A stretch of 64,000 nucleotides of DNA from Candidatus Eiseniibacteriota bacterium. Its GTDB lineage: Bacteria; Eisenbacteria; RBG-16-71-46. Made by a program: the position numbers and the translations under genes. The notes beneath the pieces were generated by a model. It worked only from the letters and a program-made list of their open reading frames with translations. It did no database searches and was not told the DNA's origin. Below are positions 1 to 9,681 of the stretch, one piece after another. The stretch is taken from the NCBI GenBank assembly GCA_031370785.1, contig JANMQY010000144.1, positions 50,601-114,600 of the forward strand, read 5' to 3'. Within the stretch, counting starts at the first letter, position 1, and the number at the start of each line of letters is the position of its first letter.

Positions 1-2
1 CC

Positions 3-2330
3 CCGCGCCTCGGCATCGCATCGACGCTGAGCGTGCCTGCGAATGTCCGGGTCAACGACCCGACGAGTGACGGCTCTGGCAACGGCCAGTCCGAGCAGTC
101 GGTCGCGAGCCGGGGCCAGTACGTGCTCGTCGCCTGGAACGACGGGCTCGGCTTCGTTCCCGCCTCCGGCATGGACAGCCAGGGCTTTGGTTACTCGACC
201 GACGGCGGCGCCACGTTCGTGGACGGCGGCTACCCGCCGCATCCGACCAGCACCAAGTGGACGAGCGACCCGATCGTCACCGTGAACGAGAAGACCGGCG
301 AGTTCTACTACTGCGGACTGCTCAGCAACGCCGGCGCCAACCTCGCGGGGATTGGCGTGGTTCGCGCGACGTTCTCGGGATCGACGCTGACCTGGGATAC
401 GCCGCACGTGGTGCGCACCGTGCCTGCCACCAACAATTTTCTCGACAAGCAGTGGATGGTCGCGGATTCGCTCACCGGGAATCTCTATCTGAGCTACACC
501 AAGTTCGACGCCTCCGACTCGATCATGTTTCAGCGCTCGACCGATCAGGGAGTGACCTGGGGACCGGTGCTGCAGCTGAGCTCGAACGCGGCGGCGGGCG
601 CCGTGCAGGGATCCCGCCCGGTCGTTGGCCCCAACGGCGAGGTGTATGTCGTGTGGTCGGAGCTGGGCCCGGTCGACGTCGACTACTTCCGCATCCGCCG
701 CTCCGTGAACCAGGGCGTGACCTTCACCCCCGAGGCCACGGTGTCCGCGGTGTATGGCAACTTTGGAACGGGTGCGCCCGGATTCAACCGGGAGCGCGGC
801 ATCACCTTCCCCGCGATCGCGGTGGACCGCACGGCGGGCCCGAATCGCGGGCGCCTCTACGCGACCTGGAATGAGTCGGTGAACTGGTACGACGACGCGC
901 TCGGCACGGCCGGCAGCAAGGTCGAGGTCGAGCCCAACAACAACACCACCAGCGCCACGGCGACGGTGTTCACTCCCGGCCAGCAGCTACGAGGCGCGTT
1001 CTCAGCCTCGACCGATCCGGACTATTTCCAGTTCGACGCCACCGCGGGCACCACCTACATCTTCTGGTGCGACTCGATTCCGAAGCCGCTCTACACCATG
1101 CGCGTGCTGTGCAGCGACGGCGCCACGCGACTCGCCTATGCCGGCGACGTCAACTCACCGCCGGGCGGCAACGCCTTCATCGTGTGGACCGCGCCCACCA
1201 CCGCGGCGTATTTCCTGCGCATGACCATGCTGTCGGGCTCGGGTTCGCTGACCGGCGGCTATCACATCCTGACTGGCGTGGATGCGCCGAGCGCGGGCGA
1301 GTGGAGCCGCGACGGGCGCGACGTGATGGTCAGGTACTCGGACAACGGCACGGTATGGTCCGCTCCGATCCGCGCCAACGACGACGCCGGGCTGTACGAC
1401 AACTGGCTCCCCGAAGTGGCGGTGGCAGGCGACGGGTGCCCGTATGTGACCTGGCTCGACTGGCGGGACGCGCTGGCCGATTGCGGCGGCAGCTCTCACA
1501 CCTACCTCTCGCGCTCGACCGACGGAGGCGCAACCTGGGCGGCGAACCAGCGGGTGAGCGACGTCACCACCCAGTGGAGCGTGGTCTCCAGCAACATCGC
1601 GCCGAACCAGGGCGACTATCAGGCGCTCTACGCGGGCGGGCGGTCGCTGCGCCCGGCGTGGGCAGACGGTCGCCTCGGCACACCTGACGTCTTCACGACC
1701 GCGCTCGACATCGGTCACGACCTCACCTCGTGCCCCAATGACACGACCGTGGACCACGGCACCGTTCTGCCGCTGACCTTCTCATTCGCCAACCGCAACG
1801 GCGTCTTCGCCAACGACTACACCGTGACGCTGAGCGACCTGCGCGGCTGGCTGGGCGGCGCGCCCTCCATCGTCACCGTCCCCGCGGCCAGCGGCCAGAG
1901 CCTCAACTTCAACGTGACCGTCCCCGACAGCGCAGCCTCCGGCAGCAACCAGCTCTGCCTCAACGTCCTGAACGCCAAAGGCACGCTCGCTGCGACCTGC
2001 TGCGTGCACCTCAACGTCAACGGCGGCATCCTGGCCGTCGGCCCCGGTCAGTTCGCATTCGCGCTCCACCAGAGCCGCCCCAACCCGGCAATTGGCCAGA
2101 GCCACCTGAGCTTCACCCTACCGAGCTCGGGACCAGTGCGACTCGAGGTCTACGGTCTCCGCGGAGAGCGCATCCGCACGCTGGTCAACGCCTCGCTCCC
2201 CGCCGGACAGCACAGCACGCTGTGGGACGGCCGCGACGACCACGGCAATCGCGTCGCCGCCGGCACCTACTTCTACCGGTTGCAAGGCTCGGGACGCGTC
2301 GCGACCCAGCGCATGGTGTTCCTGCCGTAA
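3..2330 (+). CDS. Secreted BNR/sialidase-fold beta-propeller protein with internal PPC-like domain and C-terminal FlgD-like Ig domain (5'-partial)
   Basis: Asp-box repeats (STDGGATF, STDQGVTW, SVNQGVTF, STDGGATW), an EVEPNN...DPDYFQF segment and a C-terminal PNP...WDGRDDHGNRVAAGTYFYRL. The frame is open back to the window edge. Confidence 0.8.
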   Translation, partial: PRLGIASTLSVPANVRVNDPTSDGSGNGQSEQSVASRGQYVLVAWNDGLGFVPASGMDSQGFGYSTDGGATFVDGGYPPHPTSTKWTSDPIVTVNEKTGEFYYCGLLSNAGANLAGIGVVRATFSGSTLTWDTPHVVRTVPATNNFLDKQWMVADSLTGNLYLSYTKFDASDSIMFQRSTDQGVTWGPVLQLSSNAAAGAVQGSRPVVGPNGEVYVVWSELGPVDVDYFRIRRSVNQGVTFTPEATVSAVYGNFGTGAPGFNRERGITFPAIAVDRTAGPNRGRLYATWNESVNWYDDALGTAGSKVEVEPNNNTTSATATVFTPGQQLRGAFSASTDPDYFQFDATAGTTYIFWCDSIPKPLYTMRVLCSDGATRLAYAGDVNSPPGGNAFIVWTAPTTAAYFLRMTMLSGSGSLTGGYHILTGVDAPSAGEWSRDGRDVMVRYSDNGTVWSAPIRANDDAGLYDNWLPEVAVAGDGCPYVTWLDWRDALADCGGSSHTYLSRSTDGGATWAANQRVSDVTTQWSVVSSNIAPNQGDYQALYAGGRSLRPAWADGRLGTPDVFTTALDIGHDLTSCPNDTTVDHGTVLPLTFSFANRNGVFANDYTVTLSDLRGWLGGAPSIVTVPAASGQSLNFNVTVPDSAASGSNQLCLNVLNAKGTLAATCCVHLNVNGGILAVGPGQFAFALHQSRPNPAIGQSHLSFTLPSSGPVRLEVYGLRGERIRTLVNASLPAGQHSTLWDGRDDHGNRVAAGTYFYRLQGSGRVATQRMVFLP

Positions 2331-2366
2331 AAGAGGCGCCGATACGGCGCAGCATTCATTCACATG

Positions 2367-2401
2367 ACGGACCGGTGTCGCTCGCCGGTCCGTTTTGCTT
2401 T
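2367..2401 (+). terminator. Intrinsic terminator
   Basis: Stem ACGGACCGG/CCGGTCCGT followed by a T-rich tail, just after the stop at 2330. Confidence 0.75.
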
Positions 2402-2435
2402 CCCGCCTGGCTCCTGCACTGAATCAAAAAAACCA

Positions 2436-2489
2436 TTGACGCGCCAGACGGTATGCAGTTTTATGCACATTGTCGAATAGTTATTCATC
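2436..2489 (+). promoter_or_regulatory. arg operon promoter with two tandem ARG boxes
   Basis: TTGACG (-35) at 2436. Imperfect palindromes TATGCAGTTTTATGCACA (2452-2469) and GTCGAATAGTTATTCATC (2472-2489) lie 2 nt apart, directly upstream of argR. Confidence 0.8.
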
Positions 2490-2507
2490 GCCTTCGGAGG
2501 GCATTCC

Positions 2508-2984
2508 GTGTCTCGTTCTCGACGTCTCACACTGCTTGCACGGCTATTGTCGGGCGGGCGGTTCGGGAATCAGGAGGAGCTCGCTAGGGCGCTGGGGCGT
2601 GAGGGTGTGCATGTCACTCAGGCGACCCTGTCGCGCGACCTCCGGAGTCTCGGGGTGGGCAAGCGGCCGGACGCGGACGGTCATGCGGCGTACGAGCTTC
2701 CCGGGCCTGCGAGCGAGACGCTGGATCGTGAGCGGCAGCTGCTCGATCTCAAAGCGTTCGTGAACGAGGTGCGGGTCGCGCAGAACCTGGTGGTGGTGCG
2801 CACGCCGCCCGGGCATGCGAATGGCGTGGCACGCGCGATCGACCTGGCCAACTTCGAGAACATCGTGGGCTCGGTGGCCGGCGACGACACGGTGCTGGTG
2901 GTGATGGCGGATCTGGCGGCAGCGAAGCGCATCAAGCGCCATCTCGACGGCGTCGCCAGCCGGACGGCCGGGAGCGCCAAGTGA
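2508..2984 (+). CDS. argR: Arginine repressor
   Basis: QEEL...[10 protein letters not shown] winged helix and C-terminal RTPPG...[15 protein letters not shown] upstream. Confidence 0.95.
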   Translation: MSRSRRLTLLARLLSGGRFGNQEELARALGREGVHVTQATLSRDLRSLGVGKRPDADGHAAYELPGPASETLDRERQLLDLKAFVNEVRVAQNLVVVRTPPGHANGVARAIDLANFENIVGSVAGDDTVLVVMADLAAAKRIKRHLDGVASRTAGSAK

Positions 2985-4069
2985 CGCCCGCTCAGGCGGC
3001 GCTCGACGATCCCGCGGTCGTCGCTCCGCGGCGCGACCGGGAACGGGCGCGCATCGCCGTGCTCGGCGCCAGCGGTTACGCCGGCCAGGAGTTCGCACGG
3101 CTTTCGCTGGCGCACGACGGGCTCCAGCTCGCGCTGCTGTGCTCGCGCGAACACGCCGGTCAGCCGGCGGGTGTGATCCTGTCCGGGCTCGACCCGAGAG
3201 TGGGCGAGCTGCCTCCGGTCGCCGATCCGTCCGACCTGCCCGCGCTCGCGCGCGACGGCGCGTTCGACACGCTGGTCACCTGCCTGCCGCACGGGGCCTG
3301 GCTCGCGCTCACCGAGCAGCAGCCTTCGCTGGCCGAGCTGCCGATGCGCATCGTGGATTTCTCTTCGGACTTCCGCGACGGAGCCGGAATCGGCGGCGCG
3401 GAGGGCTACACGTACGGCCTCCCCGAGGCGTTTCGCGACTCGATTGCCTCCGCGACCCGGATCGCGAATCCCGGCTGCTATCCAACCGCGGCAACCCTCG
3501 CGCTTTTGCCCGCGCTCGAGTCCGGCTGGCTCGACGATCCGGTGATGGTGAGTGCGCTCTCGGGCGTCAGCGGCGCAGGGCGCGCCGCGCACCTGCGGAC
3601 CTCGTTCGTGGAGCTGGAGGGCGGCGCCGCCCTGTATCGCGCCGGCACCGAACATGCTCACGTCGCGGAGATGGAGCGCACCTTCGAGCGCCTCACCCAC
3701 GCCCCGATGGCGGTCGGCTTCGCGCCGCAGCTCGCCCCGATGGCGCGCGGGATCCTGCTTACCGCGACCGCGCCGCTTGCGGTCGCAGTGAGCCCGGCCG
3801 AAGCGCACGAGGCGTATCGGCGGCGCTACGCGACCGAGCCGTTCGTGCGCGTTCTCGACCGCGGACAGTGGCCCGAGACCCGCGCGGTCCGTTCCAGCAA
3901 TCGCTGCGACGTGGCGGTCACGACACTGCACGGCGGGCGGACCCTGCTCGCGACCGCGGCGCTCGACAACCTGGTCAAGGGCGCCGCAGGTCAGGCGGTC
4001 CAGAATCTGAACCTGCTGCTGGGCTGGCCCGAAGAGTGGGGACTGCCGCGCCACGGGAGCCCGTGGTGA
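2981..4069 (+). CDS. argC: N-acetyl-gamma-glutamyl-phosphate reductase
   Basis: [23 protein letters not shown] and [14 protein letters not shown] motifs. GTGA overlap with argR. Confidence 0.95.
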   Translation: MTPAQAALDDPAVVAPRRDRERARIAVLGASGYAGQEFARLSLAHDGLQLALLCSREHAGQPAGVILSGLDPRVGELPPVADPSDLPALARDGAFDTLVTCLPHGAWLALTEQQPSLAELPMRIVDFSSDFRDGAGIGGAEGYTYGLPEAFRDSIASATRIANPGCYPTAATLALLPALESGWLDDPVMVSALSGVSGAGRAAHLRTSFVELEGGAALYRAGTEHAHVAEMERTFERLTHAPMAVGFAPQLAPMARGILLTATAPLAVAVSPAEAHEAYRRRYATEPFVRVLDRGQWPETRAVRSSNRCDVAVTTLHGGRTLLATAALDNLVKGAAGQAVQNLNLLLGWPEEWGLPRHGSPW

Positions 4070-4905
4070 CGAACCGGTCACGGCGGATCGTGATCAAGAT
4101 CGGCGGTCGTGCGCTCGAGGCCGGTCGCGCGATTGACGAGCTTGCCGGCGAACTCGCGCTCCTTCCGGGCGAAGTCGTGCTCGTGCACGGCGGCGGCAGC
4201 GAGGTCAGTGCGTGGTGCGAGAGGCTGGGAATCGAGCCGCGCTTCGAGAACGGCCTGCGCGTCACCGACGCCGCCACGCTCGAGGTCGCGGCGGCGGTGC
4301 TCGCCGGGCTCGCCAACAAGCGCCTCGTGGCCGGGCTGCGCGCGCGCGGCGTCGATGCGGTCGGGCTGACCGCGCTCGATGGCGGGATCGTCGAGGCGCG
4401 CCCGCATTCCGCGGCCGCGCGCCTCGGGGAAGTCGGCACGGTCGCTCGAGTCCACCCGGCGCTGCTCGAAACGCTGCTCGGACAGAGCGGCCTCCCGGTG
4501 CTCGCCAGTCTCGGAGCGTTCGAGGGGCGCCTGCTCAACCTCAACGCCGACGATCTCGCCGCCGCCCTGGCTTCGGCGCTGCGTGCGAGCGCTTTGGTTC
4601 TGCTCAGCGACGTGCCCGGCGTCCAGCTCGAAGGGAAGCTGGTGGATCATATCGGCCGGGACGATCTGGACCGCGTGATCGAGGGCCCCGGGGTCACTGG
4701 CGGGATGTTGGCCAAGCTCATCGCTTCCCGCTCCGCGCTCGATGATGGCGTCGCTCGCGTGCACATCGCGGCCTGGCAGGGCGCGGGCACCTTGCGCGAC
4801 ATCATCGCCGGAGCGGGCGTCAGCACGACGCTCGCCACCACGACCCCGAAGGTTGATCGGCTTCACGGCGTCACCGCATCGAGCGGCGTGGGAGACCACG
4901 CGTGA
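4066..4905 (+). CDS. argB: Acetylglutamate kinase
   Basis: VIKIGG, VHGGG, GLRVTD, NLNAD, LSDVPGV and TGGM motifs. The start is placed at the GTGA overlap with argC, not at 3139. Confidence 0.93.
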   Translation: MTNRSRRIVIKIGGRALEAGRAIDELAGELALLPGEVVLVHGGGSEVSAWCERLGIEPRFENGLRVTDAATLEVAAAVLAGLANKRLVAGLRARGVDAVGLTALDGGIVEARPHSAAARLGEVGTVARVHPALLETLLGQSGLPVLASLGAFEGRLLNLNADDLAAALASALRASALVLLSDVPGVQLEGKLVDHIGRDDLDRVIEGPGVTGGMLAKLIASRSALDDGVARVHIAAWQGAGTLRDIIAGAGVSTTLATTTPKVDRLHGVTASSGVGDHA

Positions 4906-6296
4906 ACGACCCGATGACCACGCCCGAAGCGCCGATCGCATCCGGCACGCCGCCGACCGGGTCGTCCGCGTTGCCGCAGGCCGCGGATTCCGCGTCGTCC
5001 GCGGCTTCCGCTGCGACCGCGGCCGCATCCGCCGAGCGCCTGCCGGGATTCGCCCACGACGAGCTCGGGCGGTTCGCGCCGCTCTATCCGCTGCCGCGCC
5101 TCGAAATCGTGTCGGGGCGTGGGGCGTGGGTGCGCGATGTGACCGGCCTTGAGTATCTCGACTTCGTGAGCGGAATCGCGGTCAACGCACTCGGCCACGC
5201 GCCACCCGGGCTCGCCCGCGCGGTCTCTCGCCAGATGAAATCGCTGGGGCAGATCTCGAACCTGTTCGCGAACCGGCCCGCGATCGAGCTCGCCGAGCGG
5301 CTGCTCGCGCTCACCGGCTACGAACAGGTGTTCTTCTGCAACAGCGGCGCCGAGGGCGTCGAGACCGCGCTCAAGTTCGCCCGCGTGCGGGCGCGTGCGC
5401 TCGGCCTCGGGCCCGGCGGCACCGCACGCGACGTTCTCGCATTCCGGGGCGGCTTTCACGGGCGCACCGCCTTCGCGCTCTCGGCCACCTGGACGCCGTC
5501 GTATCGCGAGCCATTCGAGCCGCTCATGCCCGGCGTGCGCTTCGCCGACTTCAACGATGTCGCCTCGCTCAGTAACGTGCTCGACGAGAACGTCGCGGCG
5601 GTGATCGTGGAGCCGGTGCAGGGCGAAGGCGGGGCGATTCCGGCCCGCCGCGAATTCCTCGAGGCGTTGCGCGCGCGCACCCGGGCGCTCGGCGTCGCGC
5701 TGATCTTCGATGAGGTGCAGTGCGGCATGGGACGCTGCGGTCGCCTGCTCGCAGCCGAGCACTATGGCGTGGCCGCCGACATGACCGTGATGAGCAAGGC
5801 GCTGGGTGGAGGCTTCCCGCTCGCAGCGGTGCTGATGCGCGCCGACACGGCCGCGGCGCTCCAGCCCGGAATGCATGGATGCACGTTCGGCGGCGGCCCC
5901 GTCGCTTCGGTCGCCGCGCGCTTCGTGCTGGAGAAGGTCAGCCGTCCCGCCTTTCTCGCCCGGGTGAGGCGCACCGGGCGTTCCCTTGCCGCCTCGCTCT
6001 CGGACCTGGTCGCGCGCCATCCGTCGCTCAGCGGCGCGCACGGGCTCGGGCTGCTGCAGGCGATCGAGCTTTCGGCCGCCGCGCCGTTCGATGCGCCGGC
6101 TCTGGTGCGCGCGGCGCGCGATCAGGGTCTGCTGCTGGTGCGCGCCGGCGACAGATCGGTGCGGCTGCTGCCACCGCTCAACCTGACCCACGACGAGCTC
6201 GCCGAGGCGATCGCGCGTCTCGAGCGGGCGCTGGCCTCGCTCGAGGCCCGGCCCCGCGAGGGAGAGGGTGCGGGAGAGGGAGTGAGAACCACGTGA
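4902..6296 (+). CDS. argD: Acetylornithine aminotransferase
   Basis: GIAVNALGH, FFCNSGAE, FHGRT, EPVQGEGG, DEVQCGMGR and SKALGGG class III PLP motifs. Confidence 0.93.
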   Translation: MNDPMTTPEAPIASGTPPTGSSALPQAADSASSAASAATAAASAERLPGFAHDELGRFAPLYPLPRLEIVSGRGAWVRDVTGLEYLDFVSGIAVNALGHAPPGLARAVSRQMKSLGQISNLFANRPAIELAERLLALTGYEQVFFCNSGAEGVETALKFARVRARALGLGPGGTARDVLAFRGGFHGRTAFALSATWTPSYREPFEPLMPGVRFADFNDVASLSNVLDENVAAVIVEPVQGEGGAIPARREFLEALRARTRALGVALIFDEVQCGMGRCGRLLAAEHYGVAADMTVMSKALGGGFPLAAVLMRADTAAALQPGMHGCTFGGGPVASVAARFVLEKVSRPAFLARVRRTGRSLAASLSDLVARHPSLSGAHGLGLLQAIELSAAAPFDAPALVRAARDQGLLLVRAGDRSVRLLPPLNLTHDELAEAIARLERALASLEARPREGEGAGEGVRTT

Positions 6297-7552
6297 AGAA
6301 GGCGAATGTGCGCAAGGCGGTGCTCGCGTACTCGGGCGGGCTCGACACCAGCATCATCGTGCACTGGCTGAAGGAGAACTACGGCTGCGAGGTGGTGTGC
6401 TACTGCAGCGATGTCGGCCAGGGTGCCGAGCTGCATGGCCTCGAGGCCCGCGCGCGCCAGCTCGGCGCCAGCGAAGTGGTGGTCGAAGACCTGCGCGTGC
6501 CGTTCCTGCGCGACTTCGCATTCCCCGCGCTGCGCGCCGGCGCGGTGTACGAAGGTCGCTACCTGCTCGGCACCGCGCTCGCGCGCCCGCTGATCGCCTC
6601 GCGCCAGGTGTGGTGCGCGGAGCGCGTGGCGGCCGATGCGCTCGCCCATGGTTGCACCGGCAAGGGCAACGATCAGGTGCGTTTCGAGCTCACCTATCAG
6701 GCGCTCGCGCCCCAGCTCACGGTGATCGCGCCGTGGCGCGAGTGGGACATCGTCTCGCGCGAGGACGCGATTGTCTACGCCGAGAAGCACAGGATCCCGC
6801 TGACCGTGTCGAAGGGCGATCTCTACTCGCGCGATGCGAACCTGTGGCACCTCTCGCACGAGGGCGGACCGCTCGAAGATCCTGCCGTGCCCGCGCCCGA
6901 AGCCATGTACCGACTCACGCAATCGCCCGAGCAGCAGCCGACGCGGCCCGAAATGGTGACCGTCGGGTTCGAAGCGGGACGCCCGGTCCGGCTCAACGGC
7001 AGCGCGCTCGGAGCAGTCGAGTTGGTGGAGGATCTGAACACACTCGCCGGCCTCCACGGCGTCGGCCGTGCCGACCTGGTCGAGAGCCGCCTCGTGGGCA
7101 TGAAGTCGCGCGGCGTGTACGAGACGCCGGCCGGCACCGTGCTTCACGAGGCGCTCGAGGACCTGTGCCGACTCACCATGCCGCACGACCTGCTGCGCAC
7201 GAGGGCCGAGCTCGCGCCGCGCATGGCCGATCTGATCTACGCCGGCCTGTGGTTCACCCCGCTGCGCCGCGCGCTGCAGGCGTTCGTGGACACCGCGCTC
7301 CAGTCGGCGACCGGGGATGTGACGGTCGAGCTGTTCCACGGCCAGGCGCGCGCAGTGGCGCGCACCAGCAGCCAGTCGCTCTACCGTCCCGACCTCGCCT
7401 CGTTCGACATGACTGGCTACGACGCGAAGCACGCCGAGGGATTCATCAAGCTGTTCGGGTTGCCGCTGGTCGCGGTCGCGCAGCGCGGGCAGAACGCCGG
7501 GGAACCGGTCGATGGCGGCGGTGAGCCGCTCGAGGTGAATCGTGGCCGATGA
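6293..7552 (+). CDS. argG: Argininosuccinate synthase
   Basis: LAYSGGLDTS, HGCTGKGNDQVRFE and KSRGVYETP motifs. GTGA overlap with argD. Confidence 0.97.
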   Translation: MKKANVRKAVLAYSGGLDTSIIVHWLKENYGCEVVCYCSDVGQGAELHGLEARARQLGASEVVVEDLRVPFLRDFAFPALRAGAVYEGRYLLGTALARPLIASRQVWCAERVAADALAHGCTGKGNDQVRFELTYQALAPQLTVIAPWREWDIVSREDAIVYAEKHRIPLTVSKGDLYSRDANLWHLSHEGGPLEDPAVPAPEAMYRLTQSPEQQPTRPEMVTVGFEAGRPVRLNGSALGAVELVEDLNTLAGLHGVGRADLVESRLVGMKSRGVYETPAGTVLHEALEDLCRLTMPHDLLRTRAELAPRMADLIYAGLWFTPLRRALQAFVDTALQSATGDVTVELFHGQARAVARTSSQSLYRPDLASFDMTGYDAKHAEGFIKLFGLPLVAVAQRGQNAGEPVDGGGEPLEVNRGR

Positions 7553-9668
7553 GCGGCCCGTCGTGGCCGGCGAACCGAAGATCGGGAAAGACGCGCCCGA
7601 GGTGACGCCCGAAGTCTGGCGCGCGCGCCTTGCGATTCCGCTCGATCCTCGCGCGCGTGTCCTCAACGACTCGTTGCCGGTCGACCAGCGCCTGTGGCCG
7701 GAGGAACTCGCGTTGTCGCGCGCCTACGCCGAGACGCTCGCCGAGTGCGGCGTGCTTCTCCCGGCCGAGCTGGAAGCACTGGTCGGCGCGTGCTCGACGC
7801 TTGGCGACGATCTCGCGCATGGCCGCGTCACGCTCGAGGGCGAGGACGTGCACTCGGCGGTCGAAGCCGAGCTGACCCGGCGCTGCGGCGATCCCGCGCG
7901 ACGGCTGCACACCGGGCGCAGCCGCAACGATCAGGTGAGCACGCTCACCCGGCTTCACGTCATGCAGCTGTGCGACAGCGCGGTCGAAGGTGTGCGCGAG
8001 CTGGAGCGCGCGCTGGTCGGTCAGGCGCGCGCCTCGGCGGACCGCGCGGTCGCCGCGCACACCCACATGCAGCCGGCGCAGCCGGTGCTGCTCGCGCAGC
8101 TCTGGCTCGCACACGCGCACGCACTCGAGCGCGATCAGACCCGCTTCGAAGCGGCGCGGGAAGCGGCCGATCGCATGCCGCTCGGCGCGGGAGCGGTCGC
8201 GGGAACACCGCTCGTCTACGACCGCCTCGCACTGGCGCAGAGGCTCGGGTTCTCGCGCCTGGCCGAGAACAGCGTGGATGCGGTCGGCGACCGCGACTTC
8301 GCGCTCGAATACCTGGGCGCGGCCGCGGTGCTGGGCGTTCACCTGTCGCGCCTCGCGGAGGATCTGGTGCTGTGGTGCGCGCCGGCGTTCGGCTGGTTCG
8401 TCGCGCCCGACGGGTTCTCGACCGGTTCGAGCCTGCTGCCGCAGAAACGCAATCCCGACGTGTTCGAGCTCGCGCGCGGCAAGAGCGCGCGCCTGATCGC
8501 CAACGCACAGCGCCTGGCGATCGTGCTCAAGGGACTTCCCTCCGCGTATCAGAAGGATCTGCAGGAGGACAAGGAAGCGCTGTTCGACACCGAGGACACG
8601 CTCGGGGCCCTGCTCGAAGCGCTGCCGCCCGCGATCGACGCGCTCGAGCCGAACGACCGGCGGATGGCCGAAAGCCTGACGCCCGATCTGCTCGCGGTCG
8701 AGCTGGCCGACGCGCTGGTGGCCGAGGGCGTCCCGTTCCGCGACGCGCACGCGGCGGTCGGGCGACTGTGGGCGCTCGCCGAAGTGCGCGGCGTCGCGCC
8801 CGCGGCGCTGGCGCTGGCCGATCGGCTCGAGCTGTCGCCTCATTTCACCGATCCGCGGATGGCTTCGCTCACCGTCGAGTCCGCGCTCGCGCGACGCTCG
8901 CACGCACCGGGCGCGGGTCACGCCTCGGTCGCGGCCCAGCTTGCGCGCCTCGAGGCCCGGCTCGGCCTCGGCCCTGGGGAGGCGGAAGAGACCGCCATGG
9001 AGGAAGCGGCAATGCCTGCGTCGAGCACGCCCGCTTCCTCCAGCTCGTCGCGCGCCGCGTCGCACGTGGCGGCGAAGTCGACGGCCGCGACCCGCGACTC
9101 CAGCGGGAGTGATCCCCAGTTGCGCCGGGCGACGCTGGACGACGTGCCAGGCATCGCGCGCATCATGGCCGGCTACGTGGCCGAGGGCGTGCTGCTGCCA
9201 CGCCCGGTCGGCGAGCTGTTCCAGTGCATCCGCGAGTTCCACGTCGCGATCTCGGGCGGCGAAGTGGTCGGCTGCGCCGCGCTGCGCCTGCTGTGGAATG
9301 ACCTCGGCGAGGTGCGCTCGCTCGCGGTGCGCCCGGACTTCCACGGCCGCGGGCTCGGAGCGCAGCTGGTGCAGGCGGTGCTCGACGATGCGCGCGCGCT
9401 CGACCTGCCGCGGGTGATCGCGCTCACCCGCGAGGTGCCGTTCTTCGAACGCAACGGTTTCATCGTGACCTCGCGTGACCTGCTGCCGCGCAAGGTGTGG
9501 TCGGACTGCGTGCGCTGCCCGAAGCGTCACGCATGCGACGAAGTGGCGGTCGTGCTCGATCTCGTGCCCGGCGCTTCCGAAGCTGCGGCCGCGGCGGCGC
9601 GCTCGTGGCTGCTCCCGATTCCGCAGCTGGCCCGTCCCGAAGCCCCCGCGCTTCCCCTCATTTCCTAG
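7542..9668 (+). CDS. argH: Bifunctional argininosuccinate lyase / GNAT N-acetylglutamate synthase, ArgH(A) fusion
   Basis: LHTGRSRNDQ, THMQPAQP and GSSLLPQKRNPD, then a Ser/Ala linker, then a GNAT domain (GEVRSLAV...GRGLG...PRKVWSDCVRCPK..CDE) of short-ArgA type. Confidence 0.9.
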   Translation: MADERPVVAGEPKIGKDAPEVTPEVWRARLAIPLDPRARVLNDSLPVDQRLWPEELALSRAYAETLAECGVLLPAELEALVGACSTLGDDLAHGRVTLEGEDVHSAVEAELTRRCGDPARRLHTGRSRNDQVSTLTRLHVMQLCDSAVEGVRELERALVGQARASADRAVAAHTHMQPAQPVLLAQLWLAHAHALERDQTRFEAAREAADRMPLGAGAVAGTPLVYDRLALAQRLGFSRLAENSVDAVGDRDFALEYLGAAAVLGVHLSRLAEDLVLWCAPAFGWFVAPDGFSTGSSLLPQKRNPDVFELARGKSARLIANAQRLAIVLKGLPSAYQKDLQEDKEALFDTEDTLGALLEALPPAIDALEPNDRRMAESLTPDLLAVELADALVAEGVPFRDAHAAVGRLWALAEVRGVAPAALALADRLELSPHFTDPRMASLTVESALARRSHAPGAGHASVAAQLARLEARLGLGPGEAEETAMEEAAMPASSTPASSSSSRAASHVAAKSTAATRDSSGSDPQLRRATLDDVPGIARIMAGYVAEGVLLPRPVGELFQCIREFHVAISGGEVVGCAALRLLWNDLGEVRSLAVRPDFHGRGLGAQLVQAVLDDARALDLPRVIALTREVPFFERNGFIVTSRDLLPRKVWSDCVRCPKRHACDEVAVVLDLVPGASEAAAAAARSWLLPIPQLARPEAPALPLIS

Positions 9669-9681
9669 GAGGATTCTTCAG

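Noticed and set aside
3139..4065. Long N-terminal extensions in the ORF track (argB from 3139, argG from 5720, sdhA from 36082, sdhB from 37080, TolB-like from 24507, methyltransferase from 49450)
   Set aside because: They are Arg/Ala/Gly-rich off-frame read-ins that overlap real genes. True starts sit at SD sites or stop/start overlaps.
2981..6296. LysW/ArgW carrier-dependent pathway
   Set aside because: There is no small carrier gene or ATP-grasp ligase, and a GNAT N-acetylglutamate synthase is present.
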